Positions 9,783 to 18,493 of a DNA stretch of 64,000 nucleotides are shown here, piece after piece. The notes beneath the pieces are model-generated. The model did not search any database. It was given only the letters and a program-made list of their open reading frames with translations, and was not told the DNA's origin. The position numbers and the translations under genes were made by a program. The DNA is from an uncultured Verrucomicrobiae bacterium. GTDB lineage: Bacteria; Verrucomicrobiota; Verrucomicrobiia; Chthoniobacterales; Chthoniobacteraceae. The stretch lies in the NCBI GenBank assembly GCA_963769025.1, contig CAVYKI010000009.1:768001-832000 (forward strand), given 5' to 3'. Every line of letters begins with the position of its first letter. The first letter of the stretch is position 1.

Positions 9783-10592
9783 ATGAAAAACCGAACAGCC
9801 ATCATCGCCCTCGCGCTCGCCTTGCCCGCGGGCTTCGCGAATGCACAGCCGCCCGAGGGCCGCCCACCGCTCCCTCCGGGCGACGAGCGCGTGCGCCCTC
9901 CATTCCCGCCAGGCGAAGTCAGCCGCGGCGAACGACCCCCGCCACCACCGATCATCGGCGCCCTCGATAAGAACGGCGACGGAGTCGTGTCCGAGGATGA
10001 AATCGCCGGCGCGGCAGAAGCGCTGCGCAAGCTCGACCGGAACAGCGACGGCAAGCTGACCATGGACGAGTTGCTACCTCCGCCGCGTCGCGACATGCGC
10101 GGCGAAGGCAACCGCCCTCCCGGCCCGCCACGTGAAGGCGACGGACCCGGCCGCTTCCGTCCGCCGGGGGATGCCCCGCGTGATGGTTTCGTCCCTCCGG
10201 GCCCGCCGCGTGATGGAGAGCGCCCACGCAATGCCGACCGCCCGCCAGATGGGGAATTCCGCCGTGAAGCGGCCCGTCCCCGCGATGGCGAACGGCCCTT
10301 CGATGCCGAGCGTCCACGTGATGGAGAGCGTCCCCGCAATGCCGAACGTCCGCGCGACGGCGAAACCCGCCGCGAAGCAGACCGTCCGCGCGACGGGGAG
10401 AAGCCGCGTGAAGGCGCGCGTCCAGACGGCGCCCCGCGCGGCGATGCTCCCCGCGAGGGTGCGCGCCCCGAGGGTGAGCCGCGCGGCGAACGCCGCGAAG
10501 CGCCCCGTGGCGAGGAGCCGCGCAGGGAGCGCCCTGCTGGCGACGCACCCCGCCCGGAAGGCGAGCCCCGCCGTCCCAATCCGGAAAGCTAA
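9783..10592 (+). CDS. Secreted EF-hand protein with long disordered Pro/Arg/Glu/Gly repeat tail
   Basis: Signal peptide MKNRTAIIALALALPAGFANA, EF-hands DKNGDGVVSEDE and DRNSDGKLTMDE, 12-aa repeats with core RP(R/P)DGE. Confidence 0.85.
   Translation: MKNRTAIIALALALPAGFANAQPPEGRPPLPPGDERVRPPFPPGEVSRGERPPPPPIIGALDKNGDGVVSEDEIAGAAEALRKLDRNSDGKLTMDELLPPPRRDMRGEGNRPPGPPREGDGPGRFRPPGDAPRDGFVPPGPPRDGERPRNADRPPDGEFRREAARPRDGERPFDAERPRDGERPRNAERPRDGETRREADRPRDGEKPREGARPDGAPRGDAPREGARPEGEPRGERREAPRGEEPRRERPAGDAPRPEGEPRRPNPES
10203..10420 (+). repeat. Intragenic 36-bp (12-aa) degenerate tandem repeat, about 6 units
   Basis: PPRDGERPRNAD / RPPDGEFRREAA / RPRDGERPFDAE / RPRDGERPRNAE / RPRDGETRREAD / RPRDGEKPREGA. 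Near-identical DNA units at 10203 and 10311. Confidence 0.8.
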
Positions 10593-10608
10593 CATCGCCT
10601 GAATCCAC

Positions 10609-10656
10609 AAGCCCGGCGTCGGCGCAGTTCGCTGCGAAGACGCCGGGTTTCTTTTT
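10609..10656 (+). terminator. Rho-independent terminator
   Basis: AAGCCCGGCGTC...GACGCCGGGTTT stem with inner CGCAG-TTCG-CTGCG hairpin, followed by CTTTTT. Confidence 0.85.
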
Positions 10657-10743
10657 AAGGACGAAGGATGAAGGTCGAAGGTTGAAGGAAGGGAAAGACG
10701 CTGTTCTTTGTCCTTCGTCCTTCAGCCTTCAGCCTTCACCCTT
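10657..10743. repeat. Palindrome of heptamer tandem repeats (5x AAGGNNG, spacer, 5x reverse complement)
   Basis: AAGGACG AAGGATG AAGGTCG AAGGTTG AAGGAAG ... TGTCCTT CGTCCTT CAGCCTT CAGCCTT CACCCTT. Confidence 0.85.
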
Positions 10744-10750
10744 TCCCACC

Positions 10751-11999
10751 ATGTTCCCACAACTCGCCCTCCGCATCCTCCGCACGACCGACCCGCGGCT
10801 GCTCGGCAAGTTCATGTGGAACTTCGGCGTGAAGGGCCTGCTCTCCGTCGAGAAATTCAAGCGCCGCATCAAACGCGGCGAATACTTCCCGCCCTTCCTC
10901 TACCTCTCGATTCTGAACTCCTGCAACCTGCGCTGCCAGGGCTGCTGGGTGGACGTGGAGGCCGAGCGCACACGAGATCGACCTCGACACGCTGAACCGC
11001 ACCATCACCGACGCGAAGGCGCACGGGAACGCGTTCTTCGGCATCCTCGGCGGCGAGCCGTTCATGCACCCGGAGCTGCTCGACCTCCTCGCTGCGCACC
11101 CGGACTGCTACTTTCAGGTCTTCACGAACGGCCAGTTCATCACGGAGAAAATCGCGAAGCGCCTGCGGCAGGTCGGCAATGCCACGCCGCTCATCAGCAT
11201 CGAGGGCCGCGAAGTCGTGAGCGACGAGCGCCGCGGAAAAAAGGAAGTCTTCACGCGCACCATGCGCGGACTGCAAAACTGCCTGCGCGAACGCATCCTC
11301 ACCGGCGTCGCGACGAGCGTGTGCCAGACGAACATCGACGAACTCTGCAGCGAGGAATGGCTGCGCGAACTCATCGACATCGGCGCGCACTACGTGTGGT
11401 TCCACACCTACCGGCCCGTCGGTCCGAAGATGAATCCCGCGCTCGCCCTGCGGCCCGAGCAACTCGTGCGCGTGCGGCGTTTCGTCGTCGAGATGCGCGC
11501 GAAGATGCCCATCGCCATCGTGGACGCCTACTACGATCACCGCGGCCAGGCGCTGTGCCCGATGAGCAACGGCATCTCGCATCACGTCAGTCCGAAAGGC
11601 GACATCGAGCCGTGCCCGATCATCCAGTTTGCCAAGGAAAACATCCGCGACGAACGCGGCGTCTTCGCCACGATGCGCGACAGCGCTTTCCTCAAGGACT
11701 TCCGCGACATCAGCGCGCAGCACACCCGCGGCTGCGTCGTCCTCGAGCGCCCCGACCTCGTGAAGCAGATCGTCGTGAAGCACGGCGCGCGCGACACGAC
11801 CATCCGCGGCACCGCGATGGCCGAACTCGAAGCGATGAAGCCGCGCTTCTCCCAATGGCTCCCCGGCGAGGAAATCCCCGAGCAGCACTGGATGTATCGC
11901 TGGGCGAAAAAATTCTGGTTCAACGATTTCGGCGCCTACGCCGAGGCCGACCATGACGGGACGGCAGCGGCGAAGGCGAGGGCGCTGGCAGCGAATTGA
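10751..11999 (+). CDS. Radical SAM protein with SPASM/twitch-like C-terminus (1 frameshift near 10970)
   Basis: CNLRCQGC, then in the second frame GGEPF, FTNG, ISIEG, CPM...HVSPKGDIEPCP. Confidence 0.88.
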
Positions 12000-12020
12000 G
12001 TTTTGAGCGTTGAGAGTCGA
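11993..12020 (+). repeat. Short heptamer tandem array starting at the radical SAM stop codon
   Basis: GAATTGA GTTTTGA GCGTTGA GAGTCGA. Confidence 0.65.
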
Positions 12021-12031
12021 GTGTTCCGCCT

Positions 12032-12247
12032 GTGAAGCAGTGCCCGAAATGCTCCAAACTCGTCTCGGACGATTCTTTCCTCTGCAACTGCGGATATGAG
12101 TTTGATGAGCTTCCTCCCGAACTGCGGGAATCGGGATCGTTCTTGAAGTGGTCCTTTCAAACGCTTGGCTGCGCCGTGCTGATTGTTCTCGGCGTCGGTT
12201 CCATCCTCCTTTCGTTCGTCTTTTCAAAGTGCGCCCGCCGTTTCTGA
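12032..12247 (+). CDS. Small zinc-ribbon membrane protein
   Basis: CPKC...CNCGY knuckles followed by one hydrophobic TM segment. Lower GC than its neighbours. Confidence 0.6.
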   Translation: MKQCPKCSKLVSDDSFLCNCGYEFDELPPELRESGSFLKWSFQTLGCAVLIVLGVGSILLSFVFSKCARRF

Positions 12248-12306
12248 ATCGTAAATGCGCGGAGCAAAGATTCGACTCCCCCACCCTGGCGCGGTATTTC
12301 CGCGGC

Positions 12307-13368
12307 ATGTTCACCCGCCGCCATTTCCTCGCCACGTTGTCCGCCGCCGTCGTCACCGCGCCGATGTTCACGCGGGCGGCACAGCCGAAAATCAAACTCG
12401 GCTTCGACAACTTCGCGGTGCGCGCGATGGGCTGGAAAGCTCCGCAACTCCTCGACCACGCGGCTTCGCTCAAGTGCGATGCGCTCTTCATCAGCGACAT
12501 CGATTCCTACGACTCGATCGAGAATTCTGCGCTCGCCGACGTGCGCAAGAAGGCCGCCGACCTCGGCATCGATCTCTACGCCGGCGGCTGGAGCATCTGC
12601 CCGACGAGCGTCCGCTTTAAGGACAAATGGGGAACCGCCGAGGAGCACCTGCGCACGGGCATCCGCATCGCCAAGGCGCTCGGGTCGCCCGTGTATCGCG
12701 TCATCCTCGGCGCCGCGGACGACCGGAAGACGCCCGGCGGCATCCGCGCGCGCATCGCCGACACCGTGGCCGTGCTGAAGGCGTGCCGCTCCGCAGCGAT
12801 GGATGCCGGCGTGAAGGTGGCCGTCGAAAACCACGCAGGCGACATGCACTCGTGGGAACTGCGCGATCTCGTCGAGGAGGCCGGCAAGGATTTTGTCGGC
12901 GTGAACATTGATACGGGAAACGGGGCGTGGACGCTCGAAGACCCGATGGACGTACTGGAGAACCTCGGCAAATACACCATCTGCTCCAGCCTGCGAGACA
13001 ACATGATCTGGGAGACGGAGGACGGCGCAAGCATCGCGTGGACCGCCGCAGGTGAGGGCCTCATCGACTGGAAAAAATTCGCCGCACGCTGGGCCGAGCT
13101 TTGCCCTCAAGTCCCCATCATGATCGAGACGATCTCCGGCTTTGCGAAAAACTTCCCGTACAAGAAACCCGAGTTCTGGACGAACTACGACAAGCGCCCC
13201 GAGGCCCTCGCGCGTTTCGAAGCCCTCGCGAAGCGCGGCAAGCCGCTCCCTCCTTTCAAGGCCGAAGGCCCGGACAAAAAACTCGCCGATCAGGAATACC
13301 AGAAGGCCGAACTCGCGCGCTCGATCAGATACCTCCGCGAGGTCATCGGCCTCGGCGTGAAGGCCTGA
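12307..13368 (+). CDS. Tat-exported sugar phosphate isomerase/epimerase (xylose-isomerase-like TIM barrel)
   Basis: MFTRRHFL signal, AVENHAGD, NIDTGN, GEGLIDW, IET. Confidence 0.85.
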   Translation: MFTRRHFLATLSAAVVTAPMFTRAAQPKIKLGFDNFAVRAMGWKAPQLLDHAASLKCDALFISDIDSYDSIENSALADVRKKAADLGIDLYAGGWSICPTSVRFKDKWGTAEEHLRTGIRIAKALGSPVYRVILGAADDRKTPGGIRARIADTVAVLKACRSAAMDAGVKVAVENHAGDMHSWELRDLVEEAGKDFVGVNIDTGNGAWTLEDPMDVLENLGKYTICSSLRDNMIWETEDGASIAWTAAGEGLIDWKKFAARWAELCPQVPIMIETISGFAKNFPYKKPEFWTNYDKRPEALARFEALAKRGKPLPPFKAEGPDKKLADQEYQKAELARSIRYLREVIGLGVKA

Positions 13369-13379
13369 ACATTTCGCCG

Positions 13380-14841
13380 CTACGCGAGTACGCCTTTCAC
13401 CACCCTGCCCTCGACATCGGTGAGCCGGTATTGCCGGCCTTGGAAGCGGAACGTGAGCCGCTCGTGGTCGATGCCGAGCAGGTGCAGCACCGTCGCCTGG
13501 AAGTCGTGGACGTGGACCGGCTGCTCGACCGCGTTGAAGGCAAACTCATCGCTCTCGCCGTAGCTGATGCCCGGCTTGATGCCGCCGCCCGCCATCCAGA
13601 TCGTGAACGCATACGGATGATGGTCGCGGCCCCACTGCGCGCGGTTCGCGATGTCGCCCTGGATGAATGGCGTGCGTCCAAATTCGCCGCCCCAGATCAC
13701 GAGCGTGTCGTCGAGCAGCCCGCGCGGCCTTGAGGTCCTTCACGAGCGCGGCGCGCGGGCTGATCGGTGTCGCGGCACTGGATTTCAAATTGCGTCGAGA
13801 GATTGCGATGATGATCCCATCCCGCGTGCAGGAGCTGCACGAAGCGGACGCCGCGCTCGGCGAGCCGGCGCGCCATGAGGCAGTTGTAGGCGAACGATCC
13901 CGGGCGCTTCACGTCGGGACCATACATCTCCAGCACTCCGGCGGGCTCCTTTGAAAAGTCCGTCAGTTCCGGCACGCTCGCCTGCATCTTGTAGGCCATC
14001 TCGTACTGCGCGATGCGCGTGACGATCTCCGGGTCGCCGAATTCCGCGAAGTGCCGCTCGTTGAGCTTCGCGAGATCGTCGAGCAGCCCGCGCCGCACTT
14101 CGCGCGACACGCCGTCGGGATTCGAGAGATAGAGCACGGGGTCGCCGCCGCCGCGGAATTTCACGCCCTGATATTTCGACGGCAGAAAGCCGCTCGCCCA
14201 GTAGAAGTCGTAGAAAATCTGCCCGCAGATCGCCTCCTTGTCGCGCGAGGTCATGACGACAAAGCCCGGCAGGTCGCTGCCCTCGCTGCCGAGGCCGTAG
14301 GTCGTCCACGCGCCCATGCTCGGGCGGCCCGGCATCTCCGAGCCGGTGAGGAAAAAGGTGATCGCCGGCGCGTGGTTCACCGCGCCCGTGTGCATGGACT
14401 TGATGAAGCACACGTCGTCCACGATGCCCGCCGTGTGCGGCAGAAAATCGCACACCCACGCGCCGCTCTTCCCGTGCTGCTGGAAATCTCGTGAACGGCG
14501 GCAGCACGAGCTTCTTCGCCTTCTCCGTCATCGTCGAGAGCCGCTGGTTTTTGTGGACGCTCTCGGGGATTTCCTTCCCGCTCCACTTCGCCAGTCTCCG
14601 GCTTGTAGTCGAACATGTCCACATGCGGCGGCCCTCCATTGTGCAGCAGGTAGATCACGCGCTTCGCCTTCGGCGCAAAATGCGGCAGCCCCGGCAATCC
14701 GCCCGCGCCCGCGACGGCCCCGGCAAAAGCATCCGGCTTCATCAACGAAGCGAGCGCCGCCCCGCCGATCCCGAGCGCACCCTTCGCGAAAAACTGGCGT
14801 CGCGTAAGAAATGCGGCGCGGTCTGTGAGCGGGGAGTTCAT
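13380..14841 (-). CDS. DUF1501 family protein (about 4 frameshifts)
   Basis: TRRQFF signal, [64 protein letters not shown] spread over overlapping ORFs. Confidence 0.88.
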
Positions 14842-14875
14842 GGATGGTCAGAGGTTCGCAGTGGAGTGCTGATGC

Positions 14876-15175
14876 TTATTCGATTTCGGGAGTTCCGCGC
14901 GCGCCATGCCAGAACCGGGCCACGTCAACCCGGCAGTCGGCGTGATCCACTCGGTAGATGACGCGGTAGGAGCGGACGACGATTTCACGGAGCGACGGAT
15001 CGCCGAACTCCGGGACGATGCGCCCCAACTCGGGAAAATCCGCGAGACGCTTGACGCTGCTGACGAGAAGCTGGCCGAAGGCGAGGGCGCGCTCCGGTGA
15101 GTCCAGCGAGATGTATCGAACGATGTCCCGGAGGTCACGACGTGCGGACGGCGAAAGCGCTACCTGATAACCCAT
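14876..15175 (-). CDS. Type II toxin, RelE/ParE family
   Basis: SARRDLRDIVRYI...LADFPELGRIVPE...REIVVRSYRVIYRV...RFWHGAR. Confidence 0.9.
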   Translation of the reverse strand: MGYQVALSPSARRDLRDIVRYISLDSPERALAFGQLLVSSVKRLADFPELGRIVPEFGDPSLREIVVRSYRVIYRVDHADCRVDVARFWHGARGTPEIE

Positions 15176-15345
15176 GACGGCAGTTCGCGCTCGATCTCCT
15201 CGATAGGAATGCGCTCGCCGCGCTCGATCTCCGCAACGCCCTGGCGCACCGCCGCCACAAATTCGATCTCCCTCGCGACATCGTGCAGGGAGACATCATC
15301 GGGCAGTTTCTGGAGCAGATCCTGGACGATTTGCTTGGTGCTCAT
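15160..15345 (-). CDS. Putative antitoxin
   Basis: 61 aa acidic protein (LPDDVSLHDV...GVAEIERGERIPIEE) directly upstream of and overlapping the toxin. Confidence 0.82.
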   Translation of the reverse strand: MSTKQIVQDLLQKLPDDVSLHDVAREIEFVAAVRQGVAEIERGERIPIEEIERELPSWVIR

Positions 15346-15423
15346 GGCGGCAGAGTGCCACGGACGCGGCGCTTCGACAAGGGGAACGAGGCAGAGACTG
15401 GCCGCCCTCGTCCGGCAGGAGCT

Positions 15424-15618
15424 TCACGCGGCGGCGGTGCACAGCTTGCGTTCACGATCGGCGGCGAATGGGAGGCGCGCCTGGATGTCCTCACGGGTCA
15501 GTTCGGTGAAATTGGCGGGAATCCCGTCCTCAGTCATCCCGGAAGCCAGAGACTCCCGGACATCCTGGACGGTGATGCGCATCCCCCGGATGCACGGCTT
15601 GCCCCTGCGCTGAGGCAA
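15424..15618 (-). pseudogene. DUF433 (VapB45-like) antitoxin remnant, N-terminally truncated, no cognate PIN toxin
   Basis: GKPCIRGMRITVQDV...LASGMT...ELTREDI matches the DUF433 pattern but the usual N-terminus is missing. Confidence 0.72.
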
Positions 15619-15665
15619 TCATCAGTCCCCTCGTTTCCTTTGGCTTGCCCTGAGCATCCGATGCT

Positions 15666-16523
15666 TCACTGAAACGAACTCCGTATCTCAACCCTCGAAT
15701 CACCCCACCGGAACTTCTCGAAATAGACCGTGCCGTCGGTCTTGCCAGACGGAATGGTGAACGTTCCCTTGAAAGTCTGACGGCGTCCCACCTTGTTCGG
15801 TGAAAGCAACCGGCGGTCTAGAACCTCAATGAAAGTCACTTCATAGCCGTAGGTTCCGGCGGTACCTTTGCCATCATCCCCGACGAAAACGGTGAGATAA
15901 GAGGTCCCGTCATCCTTTGCTTCCCATGCTTTGGCTTTGCTGCAGTCGCCTGGGCTTTCATCCGTTTGCCGATCCAATGGAGCGCCTGATCACGACACGT
16001 TGAAAACACGGATCGCGTTCATGCCAGCGCCATCAAATTTGAGGTGAACGCTCTTCCCGCTCGTTGCCGGATTGTTCGGCGAAGCCCTGACGGCGGAACT
16101 CGTGCTGGCTGTCGCACTGCTTGCTTGTTCAGCCGCATGCTTGGCCCGTGCCGCACCCACCATCGCCTGCCGTTGCTGCGAGACCATGCCGTCAATGCGA
16201 CTGCGCGCCTCGTCTATCTCCCCCTGCGTCATCTTCCCCTGTGCGACCGCCGCTTTCAGCGCGGCTTCCGCGCCGTCGGGGTCGCCCTCGCGGAGCGCCG
16301 CGTTCATTTGCTCCAGAAACGTCCCTGCCCGCTGCCCGGCGCGCTGCTGCACCTTCTTCCTCATAGCCCACAGGCGCGAGCTTTGGTCATCCTGCGCGGG
16401 AGCGGCGGCTGGTTTGGCCGGCGCGGGCGCTTCGTCGCTGGCGATGGCGGGCGGGATGACAGCCAGCGGGGCCAGGGTGAATGCGACGGATACGGCGAAA
16501 AGGAATGTCGCATGGCGCGTGAC
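15666..16523 (-). pseudogene. Hypothetical secreted protein interrupted by an in-frame TGA at 15990-15992; start unclear
   Basis: Signal-like FLFAVSVAFTLAPLA, Ala-rich helical region, then ...VFNVS*SGAPLDRQ... continuing in the same frame into ORF 15666-15977. Confidence 0.5.
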
Positions 16524-16549
16524 CTTTAGCGCATGAGCACCGGATGAGT

Positions 16550-18109
16550 CTATCTCCCACTTGCCGCAGTCGCGCTCACCGTCACCGGCATGAATTCCTT
16601 CACGACCTTCGCGTCCTTGGGATTGATGAGCCACACACGCCCGTCCTCGCCGCCGGCGGCGAGGAGCGAACCGTCGGGCTTGTAGCTCAGGGCGTAGATG
16701 CCGCCTTCGAATTTCGCGCCGGCGAGCAGCTTCATCGTGCCGGTGAAGTACTTCTCGAGCTTCTGCTTTTCCGCATCCGTGCGGGTGATGGAGGATTTGT
16801 TCTCGATGGCGAGGATGTCCGCCGGCATCTCGGTGCTGAAGTCGAAGTTGAAGAAATTCACCGAGCCTTTTCCATCCAGCGAACTGCCGGCTGCGAAGCT
16901 CAGCCCGTCGGGCGCGAAGTCCGCGGCGTAGATGCGGCCTTCCATCGCGGGCCACTTGCCGATGGAGAGCGCGTTGTCGCCGATGCGCCGCTGGACCTTC
17001 CGTTCGATGCGATAGACCTGCGGCACGCCGTCCGAACTGCCGACGAGGAATTCATCGCGCTTCGGGTGACGCACGACGGAATGCAGCCCGCCGCGCAGCG
17101 CGCCGGGTGTGATGCTGGTGATGTTGTCGATGAAGCGCTGCGTGGCGACTTCGGTGAGCTTCGCCGTCATGTCGCGGCCGACGCTCACGAGCTTGTCCCC
17201 TTTCTGCGTGAAGACCGTACCGAGCACCCAGTCGTCGTGCGAACGCTGCTGGAGCACCTGCTTGCCGGTGTCGGCCTCGATGGCGAGCACGGCCTTGTCG
17301 GTGGCCGTGCCAAATGCGACGAGCTTTCCGTCCGGCGACCAGCTCACGCCGTACACGGTGTCGTATCCCTGCGTCGCGCTCAGCAGCAGCTTCCGCTTTT
17401 CCACGTCCCAAATCTGAATCTCCCCCATCTGCGCCGGGCGCCCTCCCGCGACCGCGAGCCTCTTCCCATCGGGAGAAAAGCGCAGCGACTGCACGCGCTC
17501 GGAAAGACCGACGAGACGCGCGAGCAATGCGCTGCCGTCACCTTTCCATAACAGCACCTCGTGAAATCCCGCGACGGCGAGCAGCGATCCATCGGGTGAA
17601 AAATCGAGCGAGGTGATCACCGGGGCTCGCGAGTAAACTGGCGGGTGATCGGTGTCGAAGCGCTGCTTCGCGTTCTCCGGCGTGTCGTCCTTCGCGCCCT
17701 CGGCGATCCATCGCTTGATGAGCGCGATTTCCATTTCGTGCAGCGGCGCCTTCTTTGGCGGCATCTCGGCCTCGCCGTTGACGGGGGTGATTTGCTTCAG
17801 CAGATGCGACTTTTCAGGCTGCCCCGGAACGACGGCCGCCCCGTCCGTCTCCGCATCGTCGCCGCCCTTGAGCAGCTTCGCAAAATCCGTCATCACATAG
17901 CCGCCCTTCGCCTTCGCCGGCTGGTGGCAGCCCTGGCACTGCGCCTGGAAAATCGGCCGCACCTTTTTGTAATAGCTCACCGGGGCATTCGAATCCTCCG
18001 CCTCCTCTTTCTTCGGCGGCGCGGCGGCGTGCATCGGGGCCGCGATCCATGCGGCACTCATCGCAGCCAGGACAGCCGGCAGCGCCAGACGACGTCGGAA
18101 ATAAGACAC
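16550..18109 (-). CDS. Planctomycete cytochrome c domain plus WD40 repeat protein
   Basis: VRPIFQAQCQGCH...AVVPG...MPP...WIAEGA followed by multiple (F/W)SPDG WD repeats. Confidence 0.88.
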   Translation of the reverse strand: MSYFRRRLALPAVLAAMSAAWIAAPMHAAAPPKKEEAEDSNAPVSYYKKVRPIFQAQCQGCHQPAKAKGGYVMTDFAKLLKGGDDAETDGAAVVPGQPEKSHLLKQITPVNGEAEMPPKKAPLHEMEIALIKRWIAEGAKDDTPENAKQRFDTDHPPVYSRAPVITSLDFSPDGSLLAVAGFHEVLLWKGDGSALLARLVGLSERVQSLRFSPDGKRLAVAGGRPAQMGEIQIWDVEKRKLLLSATQGYDTVYGVSWSPDGKLVAFGTATDKAVLAIEADTGKQVLQQRSHDDWVLGTVFTQKGDKLVSVGRDMTAKLTEVATQRFIDNITSITPGALRGGLHSVVRHPKRDEFLVGSSDGVPQVYRIERKVQRRIGDNALSIGKWPAMEGRIYAADFAPDGLSFAAGSSLDGKGSVNFFNFDFSTEMPADILAIENKSSITRTDAEKQKLEKYFTGTMKLLAGAKFEGGIYALSYKPDGSLLAAGGEDGRVWLINPKDAKVVKEFMPVTVSATAASGR

Positions 18110-18493
18110 GGAACTGCGGGGAGATTCGGGAAATCATGTCAGTGAGGGAACTGGTGCGCCGGGTGATTCTTAGCCGGGAACGATGCCCGTGCAATGCGCA
18201 GGTTTTTCTGTGTGGCGGAAGGTGGCGCTGCGGACCCGACTGACGAAACCACGCCCGCGGTCACTCGCACGCAGGAAAGGAACCCGAGCAGCCGCCGGGA
18301 TTTCCACTTGCCGCATTTTCTCCGGACGCCGAAAGGAAAACTCACAACAGACACTTGCACGGGACATCCTCGGGATGGCTGTCCTCCGGGTTTCCCCTTG
18401 CGCGGCCATCGCTGCGGGAACATCGTAATCACGTCAGCTCCCTCTGCCCTCGCGGCAGTTCGTGCTCCAAATCCGAAACAGGAAGTCACGCTT

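Noticed and set aside
10203..10420. 36-bp periodicity as a possible CRISPR array
   Set aside because: Degenerate coding tandem repeats with no unique spacers and no cas genes.
9749..10579. SR-rich antisense ORF resembling a protamine or SR protein
   Set aside because: It is the reverse complement of the repeat tail of the EF-hand gene, which has a signal peptide and a terminator.
12032..12247. Cys-rich small ORF as RiPP precursor for the radical SAM enzyme
   Set aside because: The Cys spacing fits a zinc ribbon and it has a TM helix; no transporter, peptidase or RRE gene is nearby.
18110..18493. Long intergenic region as a riboswitch or ncRNA (e.g. c-di-GMP)
   Set aside because: Only weak hairpins and no recognisable consensus. 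An Rfam/Infernal search would be needed to exclude it fully.
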